A stretch of DNA of 15,806 nt from Myxococcota bacterium. GTDB taxonomy: Bacteria; Myxococcota_A; UBA796; UBA2385. Below are positions 15,704 to 15,806 of this stretch, one piece after another. Made by a program: the position numbers and the translations under genes. Within the stretch, counting starts at the first letter, position 1, and the number at the start of each line of letters is the position of its first letter. Under the pieces are notes generated by a model. The model was not told the DNA's origin. It saw only the letters and a list, made by a program, of their open reading frames with translations, and searched no databases. Location of the stretch: NCBI GenBank assembly GCA_044344255.1, contig JBIJDH010000054.1, positions 1 to 15,806 on the forward strand, read 5' to 3'.

Positions 15704-15806
<103 letters not shown>

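Overview
High-GC bacterial chromosomal segment, most likely from a Myxococcota-like (deltaproteobacterial) organism, judged from a MYXO-CTERM-like sorting tail and Cys/Asp-rich repeats. It is bounded by rRNA at both ends, both on the minus strand: the 5' end of a 16S gene with boxA and candidate tandem promoters on the left, and the 3' part of a 5S gene with two terminator hairpins on the right. The minus strand carries deoC - pyrimidine-nucleoside/thymidine phosphorylase - SdpA/DUF5819-like - HTTM (SdpB-like), and then gamma-carbonic-anhydrase-like - an unlisted 30-aa membrane ORF - smc - ftsY - zapA - DUF2752. The plus strand carries a TM2-domain gene, a 1139-aa exported integrin-alpha-like (7x FG-GAP) protein with an 11x32-aa Cys/Asp repeat stalk, and a lipoprotein. 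The best leads are: (1) a DeoC with an N-terminal amphipathic helix resembling a bacterial-microcompartment encapsulation peptide, coupled to the phosphorylase; (2) the 30-aa ORF wedged between the gamma-CA gene and smc; (3) the 5S...16S direct-orientation architecture; (4) the integrin-like surface protein. All family assignments come from motif recognition by eye; no searches were run.
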